Translations under genes and position numbers: made by a program
Shown: positions 10,152 to 18,303 of the stretch, one piece after another
Position numbering within the stretch: the first letter of the stretch is position 1
How the letters are laid out: each line of letters starts with the position of its first letter
Assembly (NCBI GenBank): GCA_031375485.1
Contig: JANMHX010000328.1
Span: 8-64,007, forward strand
Source: Gemmatimonadota bacterium
GTDB lineage: Bacteria > Gemmatimonadota > Gemmatimonadetes > Gemmatimonadales > GWC2-71-9
Reading direction: 5' to 3'
Length of the DNA stretch: 64,000 bases
Notes under the pieces: generated by a model
Databases searched by the model: none
Told to the model about the DNA's origin: nothing
What the model saw: the letters and a program-made list of their open reading frames with translations, nothing else

Positions 10152-12167
10152 ATGACCAATGCCTTTCGGGCGAGCTTCGGAACGGCGCTCCTTGCTGTGG
10201 TCACCGGCTCTCTGGCTGCGCAACGGCCCAAAGTCGATAGCACCCGCGCCCCGAGCGAGGCCGACTACTATCGGATGGTCACCCTTCCCATCCCGGAGAA
10301 AGTGGTGCTTGAAGTCGGGGGGCTCGAGACCCTTCCGGACGGCCGGCTCGCGGTGGCGACCCGCCGCGGAGAGGTGTGGCTGGTCGAAAACCCCGAGGGC
10401 TTGAATGGGAGCCGGCCCCATTTCACTCGCTTTGCCCAGGGCTTGCACGAGGCGCTCGGTCTCACCTGGCGCGACGGTGCCCTGTACACCGCCCAGCGGA
10501 GCGAGCTGACTCGCCTTCGCGACATCGACGGCGACGGGAAAGCCGACCGATACGAGACCGTCTATGCGTGGCCGCTCTCGGGCAACTATCACGAGTATTC
10601 CTTCGGCCCCGTCTTCTCGCCGAAAGGAGACCTGGTCGTCACCCTCAACCTGGCCTGGGTCGGATACGGCGACAGCTTCGTCAAATGGCGCGGGTGGATG
10701 CTGCGGATTACACCGGACGGGAAGATGACGCCCGTTGCCGCCGGATTCCGCTCACCGTCGAGCTTCGGCTACAATCTCGAGGGAGACCTGTTCTATTCCG
10801 AGAACCAGGGCGACTGGGTCGGTTCGGGGGGCATTACCCATGTCGAGACCGGCGACTTCGTCGGGAACCCGACGAGCCTCAGGTGGTCGGGCGAGCCGGG
10901 GTCGCCGGTGAAGCTCGCGAAATCCGACATCCCGGACGCCGGTGAGCCGAAGTTCGAAGTGGCCAAGCGGGTCCCGGGCCTCAAGACCCCCGCGGTCTGG
11001 TTCCCCCACACCATCCTCGGCACCTCCACCTCGGCCATCTTGGTCGACTCCACCCGGGGTGCGTTCGGTCCGTTCGCCGGCCAGCTCTTTGTCGGCGATC
11101 AGGGACAGAGCAAGATCATGCGGGTGTTTCTCGAGAAAGTGAATGGGGTGTATCAAGGGGTCGTCTTCCCGTTCCGCGAAGGCTTCGCGTCCGGGGTGTT
11201 TCGCGAGACCTGGGGGCGGGACGGCTCGATGTACGTGGGGCAGACGAGCCGAGGCTGGTCGGCGACGGGCACGGCACCCTACGGGCTCCAGCGGCTGGTG
11301 TGGACCGGGATGATGCCGTTCGAGGCGCACCGGGTCGAGGCGCGGCCTGACGGCTTTGAGATCACCTTCACGATGCCGGTAGACCGGAGCACCGCCGCCG
11401 ACCCCGCCAGCTACCACGTGAGCAGCTTCACCTACAAGTATCACCACTTCTACGGCTCGCCCGTGATCAATGAGACGGCCCACCGGATTCGCGCGGTGGT
11501 GGTATCGTCCGACGGACTGAGCGCTCGGCTCGTCCTCGACTCGCTGCGCCAGGGCTACATCCACGAGATCTTGATGTCGGGTGTGCGGTCGGAGGGCGGC
11601 GCCCCGTTGCTCCACGACTTCGGGTACTACACCGTCAATCAGATTCCATCGGGTGCGCCACTCGCGATCGCTCCGGTTTCCGTGCCTCGTGCGGCGGCGG
11701 TCCGGCGCTCGGCGAAGCCGCTCCCGGTGTCGATGTCGAACATCGCCGCCTTGGCCAAGCGACAAACCGACATGCCCGACGACTGGAACGGTAAGCTGGA
11801 CCAGTCGGTTCGGGTCGAGGGAGTCGATGGGCTCCGGTTCAGCATCACGAGTGTCGACGTGAAGGCAGGGGCGAGAGTCCGACTCGAGTTTGCGAACCAG
11901 AGCGACATGCTGCACAACTTGGTGATCGTCCGGCCGGGTGGTACGGCGCCGGTCGTCAATGCGGCGCTCAAGCTCGGACTCGACGGGATGCGGCTTGGCT
12001 TCGTGCCGCGGCTGAGCGAGGTGCTCTTCCACACCGGGCTGCTCGAACCGCGGAAATCCGAGTCGATATTCTTCCAGGCGCCGATGACTCCCGGGGACTA
12101 TGCCTTCATTTGCTCGTTCCCCGGGCATGCCGGTACAATGCAGGGCGTGATCCACGTGAAACGCTGA
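10152..12167 (+). CDS. Glucose/sorbosone-dehydrogenase-like beta-propeller fused to a C-terminal azurin-type cupredoxin domain
   Basis: Signal peptide, then a propeller region (LPDGRLAVATRRGEVWLV, DIDGDGKADRYE). The C-terminal ~120 aa resembles azurin: MLHNLVIV (compare MGHNWVL) and YAFICSFPGHAGTMQG (Cys-His-Met Cu ligands). Confidence 0.7.
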   Translation: MTNAFRASFGTALLAVVTGSLAAQRPKVDSTRAPSEADYYRMVTLPIPEKVVLEVGGLETLPDGRLAVATRRGEVWLVENPEGLNGSRPHFTRFAQGLHEALGLTWRDGALYTAQRSELTRLRDIDGDGKADRYETVYAWPLSGNYHEYSFGPVFSPKGDLVVTLNLAWVGYGDSFVKWRGWMLRITPDGKMTPVAAGFRSPSSFGYNLEGDLFYSENQGDWVGSGGITHVETGDFVGNPTSLRWSGEPGSPVKLAKSDIPDAGEPKFEVAKRVPGLKTPAVWFPHTILGTSTSAILVDSTRGAFGPFAGQLFVGDQGQSKIMRVFLEKVNGVYQGVVFPFREGFASGVFRETWGRDGSMYVGQTSRGWSATGTAPYGLQRLVWTGMMPFEAHRVEARPDGFEITFTMPVDRSTAADPASYHVSSFTYKYHHFYGSPVINETAHRIRAVVVSSDGLSARLVLDSLRQGYIHEILMSGVRSEGGAPLLHDFGYYTVNQIPSGAPLAIAPVSVPRAAAVRRSAKPLPVSMSNIAALAKRQTDMPDDWNGKLDQSVRVEGVDGLRFSITSVDVKAGARVRLEFANQSDMLHNLVIVRPGGTAPVVNAALKLGLDGMRLGFVPRLSEVLFHTGLLEPRKSESIFFQAPMTPGDYAFICSFPGHAGTMQGVIHVKR

Positions 12168-12179
12168 TCGGGTCCGCTC

Positions 12180-13163
12180 ATGCGAAAGACCTTCAAAGTC
12201 CTCGGCTGGGTTCTCGGCGCTGTCCTCGTCCTCGGGGCGGGTGCCTTTGGCTACATCCAGGCCACCTGGGACCGGGACTACAGTGCCGTCCCGCTTCCCT
12301 CAATTCACGCGTCCACGGACTCCGCCGTCGTTGCCCGGGGCGAGTATCTGGTCCGCGCCGTGGCTCATTGTTCCGAATGCCATGCCTTGGCGTCCGACTC
12401 CGCCGCCGGCATCATGGGCCCCCTCTCAGGCGGCTTCGCCCTGAACGCGGTGCCGTTTGGCGTCTTCGTGGCCGCGAACCTGACCGGAGACTCGGCAACC
12501 GGGCTCGGCGCGGTGAGCGACGGCGCGATTGCCCGGGTGCTGCGCCACGGTATCATGCGACAGGGCCGGCCGGCCCCCATCATGATGACGGCAGTGGGCC
12601 CGATGGCGGACGAGGATCTGACCGCGATCGTGTCGTACCTCCGCACCCAAGCGCCGGTGGCCAAGGTGGCTGCCGCCGACCGGTGGGGTATCGTGGCCAA
12701 GGCGATTTCGGGGATTCTGAAGCCCCGCTCCGATACGGCACCGCCGTTCGTCGCCGAAGGGGGAGCGAGCGTCGAACGCGGGCGGTATCTCGCGCTGGGT
12801 CCCGGCGCCTGCGGGACCTGCCACACCCCAACCGACCGGTTGTTCCGGACCAACGGGCCGGCCCTGTCAGGCAACACCATCCCTCAGCCGGACGAGCGAC
12901 GGTCGGGCTATGAGTTCGTTCCTCCGAACCTGACGCCCGACTCGGCGACCGGCCACATCGCGGCGTGGGGCGAAGAACAGTTCGTGTCCCGATTCCGCCA
13001 AGGGCGGATCTACCCCGGTTCCCGGATGCCGTGGGAGGCTTTTCAGCACCTCACGGAGAACGACGTCCGGAGTCTTTACCGGTACCTCCACTCGCTCTCG
13101 CCGGTCCGCCACCTCGTGGGATCGACCTATCGCAAGACCGGAGACGTGCCGACCGGCCCGTGA
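12180..13163 (+). CDS. Membrane-anchored diheme c-type cytochrome
   Basis: N-terminal TM helix and two CxxCH motifs (CSECH, CGTCH). Resembles cytochrome c subunits of membrane dehydrogenases. Confidence 0.8.
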   Translation: MRKTFKVLGWVLGAVLVLGAGAFGYIQATWDRDYSAVPLPSIHASTDSAVVARGEYLVRAVAHCSECHALASDSAAGIMGPLSGGFALNAVPFGVFVAANLTGDSATGLGAVSDGAIARVLRHGIMRQGRPAPIMMTAVGPMADEDLTAIVSYLRTQAPVAKVAAADRWGIVAKAISGILKPRSDTAPPFVAEGGASVERGRYLALGPGACGTCHTPTDRLFRTNGPALSGNTIPQPDERRSGYEFVPPNLTPDSATGHIAAWGEEQFVSRFRQGRIYPGSRMPWEAFQHLTENDVRSLYRYLHSLSPVRHLVGSTYRKTGDVPTGP

Positions 13164-13182
13164 CCCGCCCGGGCCCAATGTT

Positions 13183-13231
13183 GGTACCGAAACGAACCTG
13201 AGGCGTACCTTCGGTATCGCGCTTGGGTACC
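13183..13231. promoter_or_regulatory. Phased GGTACC/GTACC repeats upstream of the D-aminoacylase gene
   Basis: GGTACC at 13183, cGTACC at 13204 and GGTACC at 13226 (about 21-22 bp phasing), plus GGTATC at 13213. All lie in the 92-nt gap before ATG 13256. Confidence 0.3.
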
Positions 13232-13255
13232 TGACCGCCCCCTTGGAGATCTCGG

Positions 13256-14866
13256 ATGAAACTCCGCGTGTCGATGCTATTGCCCGGCCTGGTCGTTCTC
13301 CTGACGGGAGTGGCTTCCGGGCAGGCTGCTCCGGTCCCGATCCGAGCGGACCTCCTGCTGCTCGGGGGCCGGCTGCTGGACGGCGCCGGAGGCGACTGGG
13401 TGTACGCCGACATTGGGATCACGGGCGACAAAATCAGTTTCGTCGGGCATGCCGAGAGCGCCCGCGTCCGGGCGCGAGACACCGTGTCGGTGAAGGGGCT
13501 CTTGGTCACGCCCGGGCTCTGGGACGTTCACTCCCACGAGGAGGCCGGCCGCGAGCCGGGACGGTGGGGGCGGCCCTTCGTGACCCAGGGCGTCACGACG
13601 GTCATCCTCGGCATCGACGGTTTCGGCGACAACGAGATCGCGGCTACGTTCGCCAGGTACCGGAAGCAGGGCATGACCCTCAACGCGGCGCGGTTCGTCG
13701 GGCATAGCCCGGCCCGCACCCAGGTGATGGGGACCGATTTCGCCCGCCAAGCCACACCGGCCGAGATCGACCGCATGAAGGCCTACATTCGGAAAGGGAT
13801 GGACGAAGGGGCCTTGGGCTTCTCGACGGGGCTCGCCTACAACCCCGGATACTACTCCTCGACCGAAGAAGTCATCGCCCTCAACCGGGTGGCGGCGGAG
13901 TACGGCGGGATCTACGACACCCACGATCGGGACATGGGCGTTTCCTACAAGGGAATCGGTTTTCTGAATTCAGTGACCGAGGCCATCCGAATCGCCGAGG
14001 AGGGTGGGACGCCGTTGGTGTTCAGCCACTTCAACTCCCTTGGACTCAAGGCGCATCCGGACATGCCGGAGGCCATTCGCCGGATCGAGGCCGCTCGGGG
14101 GCGGGGGGTCAACATCATGGGGGCGCAGATCGTCTACACCGCCTCCGAGTCGAGCGTGGACGGCCACCTGATGCCGCGATGGGCGCCGGCCGGGGGGCCC
14201 GACTCGCTGCTGGCTCGGTTGAAGGACCCGGTGTCGTGGGCCCGCATGGAGGCCGAGATCGCCGAGATCCTGGCCAACCGTGGCGGGCCGACCAAGATCC
14301 TCATCACCGAAGGACCCAAGGAGTTCACCAAGCGCTCGCTCAGCGACATTGCCTCGACGTGGGGGGTGACACCGACCGAGGCAATTCGCCGGCTCCTGAT
14401 CCAGACCCACGGCACCCGGCTGATGGACATGAATCTCGACATCTACAGCATCGAGAACGTCCGGACCCTGGCCCGGAAGGACTGGATCATGACGACGACC
14501 GACGGCTACACCCCGGCCAGCGACAGCACCTATACTCACCCGCGGACCTATGGCGGCTTTACCCGGAAGTTCACCCAGCTCGTCCGCGACGAGAAGCTGA
14601 TCACGATGCCCTACGCCGTTCGTGGAATGACGTCGCTCCCCGCGTCGTTCTACGGGATTCCCAATCGCGGGCTGATCAAGCCGGGATTCTTTGCCGACAT
14701 TGCCGTCTTCGATGAGGCAAGGATCCAGGAAAGAGCCACCTACGATGAGCCCCGGCAGTACTCGGAGGGCACGGTGCATGTCCTCGTCAACGGCAAGTTT
14801 GCGCTCAAGAACGGGAAGGTGACGGGGGTACTGGCGGGCCAGCCGATCCGCCGCGGTGGCCGTTAG
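13256..14866 (+). CDS. Secreted N-acyl-D-amino-acid deacylase (D-aminoacylase) family amidohydrolase
   Basis: Signal peptide. N-terminal beta-sandwich then HxH (LVTPGLWDVHSHEE) and the family-typical C-terminus (…VLVNGKFALKNGKVTG). GGAG SD. Confidence 0.78.
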   Translation: MKLRVSMLLPGLVVLLTGVASGQAAPVPIRADLLLLGGRLLDGAGGDWVYADIGITGDKISFVGHAESARVRARDTVSVKGLLVTPGLWDVHSHEEAGREPGRWGRPFVTQGVTTVILGIDGFGDNEIAATFARYRKQGMTLNAARFVGHSPARTQVMGTDFARQATPAEIDRMKAYIRKGMDEGALGFSTGLAYNPGYYSSTEEVIALNRVAAEYGGIYDTHDRDMGVSYKGIGFLNSVTEAIRIAEEGGTPLVFSHFNSLGLKAHPDMPEAIRRIEAARGRGVNIMGAQIVYTASESSVDGHLMPRWAPAGGPDSLLARLKDPVSWARMEAEIAEILANRGGPTKILITEGPKEFTKRSLSDIASTWGVTPTEAIRRLLIQTHGTRLMDMNLDIYSIENVRTLARKDWIMTTTDGYTPASDSTYTHPRTYGGFTRKFTQLVRDEKLITMPYAVRGMTSLPASFYGIPNRGLIKPGFFADIAVFDEARIQERATYDEPRQYSEGTVHVLVNGKFALKNGKVTGVLAGQPIRRGGR

Positions 14867-15509
14867 GGTGACGCGGGTCGCGCTGATTCACGCGCTGCAG
14901 CAATCGATCGCGCCGGTCAACGAGGAAATGGCCCGGAGCTGGCCCGAGTGCGAGCGGATGAACCTGCTGGACGATTCGCTGTCGGCGGATCTGGCTCGGT
15001 CGGCGGGACTCGATGGTGCCATGACCGACCGCTTCCTCACACTGGCCGACTACGCCGTCCACGCCGGCGCGGACGGGCTTCTTTTCAGTTGCTCGGCGTT
15101 TGGTCCCTGCATCGAGGCGGTGGCCCGCCGGTTCGCGCCCCTTCCCGTGCTCAAGCCGAACGAAGCAATGATCGAGGAAGCCGTGAGGACCGGCGGCCGG
15201 GTTGGGTTGGTGGCCACGTTCGCCCCGACCCTGGCCTCAATGCAGCCGGAGTTTCCACCTGGGCTGGACGTCCGGGTGGCACTCGCCGACGGCGGGCTCG
15301 CGGCGCTCCAAGCCGGGGACGGCCCGCGTCACGACGCCCTGGTCTCGGCGGCGGCCCGGCGACTGGTGGAGCAGGAGGGCTGTACCACCATTGCGCTGGC
15401 CCAGTTCAGCATGGCCCGCGCGGCACCGATGGTGGCCGCCGCGATCGGGAGGCCGGTACTGACCCCGGTCGCGAGCGCCGTCCGGGCCATGCGGGGGCGC
15501 TGCGGCTAG
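14856..15509 (+). CDS. Asp/Glu/hydantoin racemase (arylmalonate decarboxylase-like) family protein
   Basis: About 215 aa with the family pattern (RVALIHA…, LFSCSAFG, IALAQFSMA). The start is GTG 14856 or GTG 14868, just after the upstream stop. Confidence 0.65.
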   Translation: MAVRVTRVALIHALQQSIAPVNEEMARSWPECERMNLLDDSLSADLARSAGLDGAMTDRFLTLADYAVHAGADGLLFSCSAFGPCIEAVARRFAPLPVLKPNEAMIEEAVRTGGRVGLVATFAPTLASMQPEFPPGLDVRVALADGGLAALQAGDGPRHDALVSAAARRLVEQEGCTTIALAQFSMARAAPMVAAAIGRPVLTPVASAVRAMRGRCG

Positions 15510-15543
15510 CTACATTCATGGGGACCGGAGCAGGAGACCCCTC

Positions 15544-16671
15544 ATGGCAAATCACCGAGCCCACCTGGCAACCATCCTTGTCGCGATCGGGGTGACCCCG
15601 CCCCCGTCGCCGGAGATTGCGTTCGTGGCCAACGGCGAATCCGGCACGGTCACCCTGGTAGACCTCGCGGCCCGCACCGTGGTCGGGACCATCGACGTCA
15701 ATCCCGCCCGCACCATCCGGCGGGGTCCCGGCCGCCCGAACTACGCCCAGGACACCGACGTCTCCCCCGACGGCCGCACCCTCTACGTCTCCCGCGGCTA
15801 TCTCGGCGACGTCGCGGCCTTCGACATCGCGAGCGGCCGGCCGCTCTGGACCCGATCCCTCGAAACGCTCCGCGCCGACCATCTGACGATTACCCCTGAC
15901 GGGACGAGCCTCTTCGTCTCCGCGATGCTCGACAACCGGGTCTACCGGCTCACCGCCGCCACCGGCGAGATCACCGGTCACCTGGTCGCCGGCGTCAATC
16001 CCCACGACAACAAGATCTCGAAGGACGGAAGGCTCCTCTACAACACCAGCATTGGCCCCCTGGCTTCCCTCGCGCGCCCCGCGGACGCGCCGGCGCTGAC
16101 GGAGCAGCCGGGGTATCCCAACCAGCTGACCATCGCCGATGTGAAGACCCTGGAGATTCGCGACCGGATCGATGTCGAGAAGCCGATTCGGCCGTGGCAT
16201 TTCGCCCCGGGTGAGCGGAGCATCTACGCCCAGCTGGCGAACGAGCATGCCGTGGTCGCCTTCGACCTCACCACCAACCGAGTGGTCAAGCGTCTCGAGC
16301 TGCCTGTGAAGGAGGGGATAACGACCGCGGACTCCGACTTCGAGGCGCCCCATCATGGGCTGGCCCTCACCCACGACGGCGCCACCCTTTGCCTGGCCGG
16401 CCGGGCGTCCGACTACGCCGCCCTCGTCCGCGCGCCGGAGCTCACCCTGATCGCCACCATCCCGGTGGGCGATGCGCCTGGTTGGGCGGAAGTCTCCGAA
16501 GACGGGCGCCTCTGCCTGATCGCCAACACCCGGAGCGACGATCTCTCGATCATCTCGATTGCGGATCGGCGCGAGGTCGTCCGGTTGCCGATGGGAGACG
16601 GGCCCAAGCACATCACCGTTGCCCGGCTACCGGCCGCGGTGATCGCGGCGGTCACGGCGCGCTCGAGGTGA
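15544..16671 (+). CDS. YncE/YVTN-type beta-propeller repeat protein
   Basis: Repeated 'SPDGRTLYV / TPDGTSLFV / SKDGRLLYN / THDGATLCL / SEDGRLCLI' blades. GGAG SD before ATG 15544. Confidence 0.6.
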   Translation: MANHRAHLATILVAIGVTPPPSPEIAFVANGESGTVTLVDLAARTVVGTIDVNPARTIRRGPGRPNYAQDTDVSPDGRTLYVSRGYLGDVAAFDIASGRPLWTRSLETLRADHLTITPDGTSLFVSAMLDNRVYRLTAATGEITGHLVAGVNPHDNKISKDGRLLYNTSIGPLASLARPADAPALTEQPGYPNQLTIADVKTLEIRDRIDVEKPIRPWHFAPGERSIYAQLANEHAVVAFDLTTNRVVKRLELPVKEGITTADSDFEAPHHGLALTHDGATLCLAGRASDYAALVRAPELTLIATIPVGDAPGWAEVSEDGRLCLIANTRSDDLSIISIADRREVVRLPMGDGPKHITVARLPAAVIAAVTARSR

Positions 16672-16681
16672 TCGCGGCCGA

Positions 16682-17464
16682 CTACGCGATCGGTTCCGGC
16701 TCGATCACCTTCTCCGAGACCGTCCCGCCGCTCGCGCTCACATAGTAGACCTTGGCGCCGGCCCGCGCCGACACCAACCGCTTGACGTCGTTGTCCTCGA
16801 AGTAGATCCCGGCGTCGTTGTCGCAGGCGTACCCGGGCTTCATCTCGCCCGACCCGATCAGCTTCTGATACAACGGCCGCCGCCCCGGCTCGGCGTCGTA
16901 GTGCGGCGAGTGGCTGCCCTTGAGGAAGCCCAGGCACTTCACGATCGAGAGCGCCTTAGGCCGCGAGTCGGTGGTGCCTTCCTCGAACCAGCAGAGCGAG
17001 CCGGCGCTCGCCCCGCCCAGGACGATGCCCTGGTCCCAGGCCCGGCGGAGCACGAGGTCGATGCCCTGCGCTTTCCAGATGGCCTGCTGATTCAAGGTGT
17101 TCCCGCCGGACACCACGATGGCGTCCATCGACAGGAAGACCTCGTCCCACCCCTCCCTCTGGCTCAGGCTCTCGATGAACGAATCCTGGACGTGCGGTTC
17201 GACGTCGAGCGGGGCGCAGTCCTTGAAGAAGGCGAGCTTGCCGGCGGCGCTGTCGGCGGAGGCGGTCGGCAGGTAGCAGATCCGCGGCCGTTTCTTGCCG
17301 GTGAGCGTGGCCATGTATCGGATGAAGGCAGTGCGGAACCCGCCCCCGGCGATCAGGATCTTCCGGCTGGAGTGGGACGCGACCAAGGAGTCCATGCGGA
17401 GGTGGGCGGTACCGGCACTGAACGAGCCGAGGGCCGAGGCGGCGACGAAATCCCTGCGATTCAT
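16682..17464 (-). CDS. Tat-signal peptidase S51 (dipeptidase E / cyanophycinase-like) family protein
   Basis: MNRRDFVAASAL twin-arginine signal. The S51 nucleophile region GGASAGSLCW and VVSGGNT are present. Confidence 0.72.
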   Translation of the reverse strand: MNRRDFVAASALGSFSAGTAHLRMDSLVASHSSRKILIAGGGFRTAFIRYMATLTGKKRPRICYLPTASADSAAGKLAFFKDCAPLDVEPHVQDSFIESLSQREGWDEVFLSMDAIVVSGGNTLNQQAIWKAQGIDLVLRRAWDQGIVLGGASAGSLCWFEEGTTDSRPKALSIVKCLGFLKGSHSPHYDAEPGRRPLYQKLIGSGEMKPGYACDNDAGIYFEDNDVKRLVSARAGAKVYYVSASGGTVSEKVIEPEPIA

Positions 17465-17529
17465 CTGGTTGGCTTTCGGTTGAACTTGGGGATGACGAAA
17501 TCCACTGGGGTGCGGTAAACTAAGCCTTG

Positions 17530-18303
17530 ATGAATGACCTCCGCCAGAACCTTTCCGAAGTTCTCGGCTCGGCCCACCGGATAGTTCGAGAGCTCTCCGG
17601 CGGAGGAATGTCGCGGGTCTTCCTCGCCGAAGAGGTCAGCCTCAATCGCGAGGTCGTGATCAAGGTCCTCTCACCCGACCTGGTCGGCGAGGAGTTTCTC
17701 GCCCGGTTCGAGCAGGAAATTCTCCAAACCGCCCGGCTCCAACACCCGAGCATCGTCCCACTGCTGTCGGTGGGAACCCTGACCTATCCGTCCGGCTCTC
17801 GGGGGCCCTACTACATCATGCCCTACATCCGGGGCGAGACCCTTCGGAGCCGGCTTCAGCGCGAAGGGGTGATGTCGGCTGGGGCCTGTCATCGGGTCCT
17901 CCGGGACGTCCTCGAGGGATTGCTCCACGCCCATCGCCACGGGATCGTTCATCGCGACATCAAGCCTGAGAACGTCTTCGTCTCGGGCGGGCATGCCGTG
18001 GTCACCGACTTCGGGATCGCGCGGGCGGTGGCGGGCCGGCGCGACGCCAGCCAGGTCACCCTGCCTGGGATGGTGCTGGGGACCCCGACCTACATGGCGC
18101 CCGAACAAGCGATCGGCGACGGTGACGTCGATCACCGGGCCGATCTCTACGCGATCGGGGTGGTCGCCTACGAGCTGCTGGCCGGGCACCCTCCGTTCGT
18201 CGGGATGAACACTCACCAGATCCTGGCTGCTCACGCCCGGTCGGCTCCGCCGCCCTTGGGCCCCTCCGCCCCGATGTCCCTCCGGAGATGGTGGATTTGG
18301 TGA
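17530..18303 (+). CDS. Ser/Thr protein kinase, N-terminal (catalytic) fragment; reading frame breaks near 18258-18268
   Basis: Hanks motifs are present: HRDIKPENV, VTDFGIAR, GTPTYMAPEQ. The frame ends in a nonsense tail (…GPSAPMSLRRWWIW*), while subdomain XI continues in another frame. Confidence 0.85.
   Translation: MNDLRQNLSEVLGSAHRIVRELSGGGMSRVFLAEEVSLNREVVIKVLSPDLVGEEFLARFEQEILQTARLQHPSIVPLLSVGTLTYPSGSRGPYYIMPYIRGETLRSRLQREGVMSAGACHRVLRDVLEGLLHAHRHGIVHRDIKPENVFVSGGHAVVTDFGIARAVAGRRDASQVTLPGMVLGTPTYMAPEQAIGDGDVDHRADLYAIGVVAYELLAGHPPFVGMNTHQILAAHARSAPPPLGPSAPMSLRRWWIW

Noticed and set aside
8766-10592. Very long antisense ORFs: 8766..10592, 10752..12155, 15406..16611, 21309..23003, 53726..54910, 56505..58529, 58530..59777, 60899..62260 and 63279..63968.
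   Set aside because: Each lies entirely opposite a CDS with clear family motifs, and their translations are Arg/Gly/Pro-rich with no recognisable domains. Stop-codon depletion in GC-rich antisense frames explains them.
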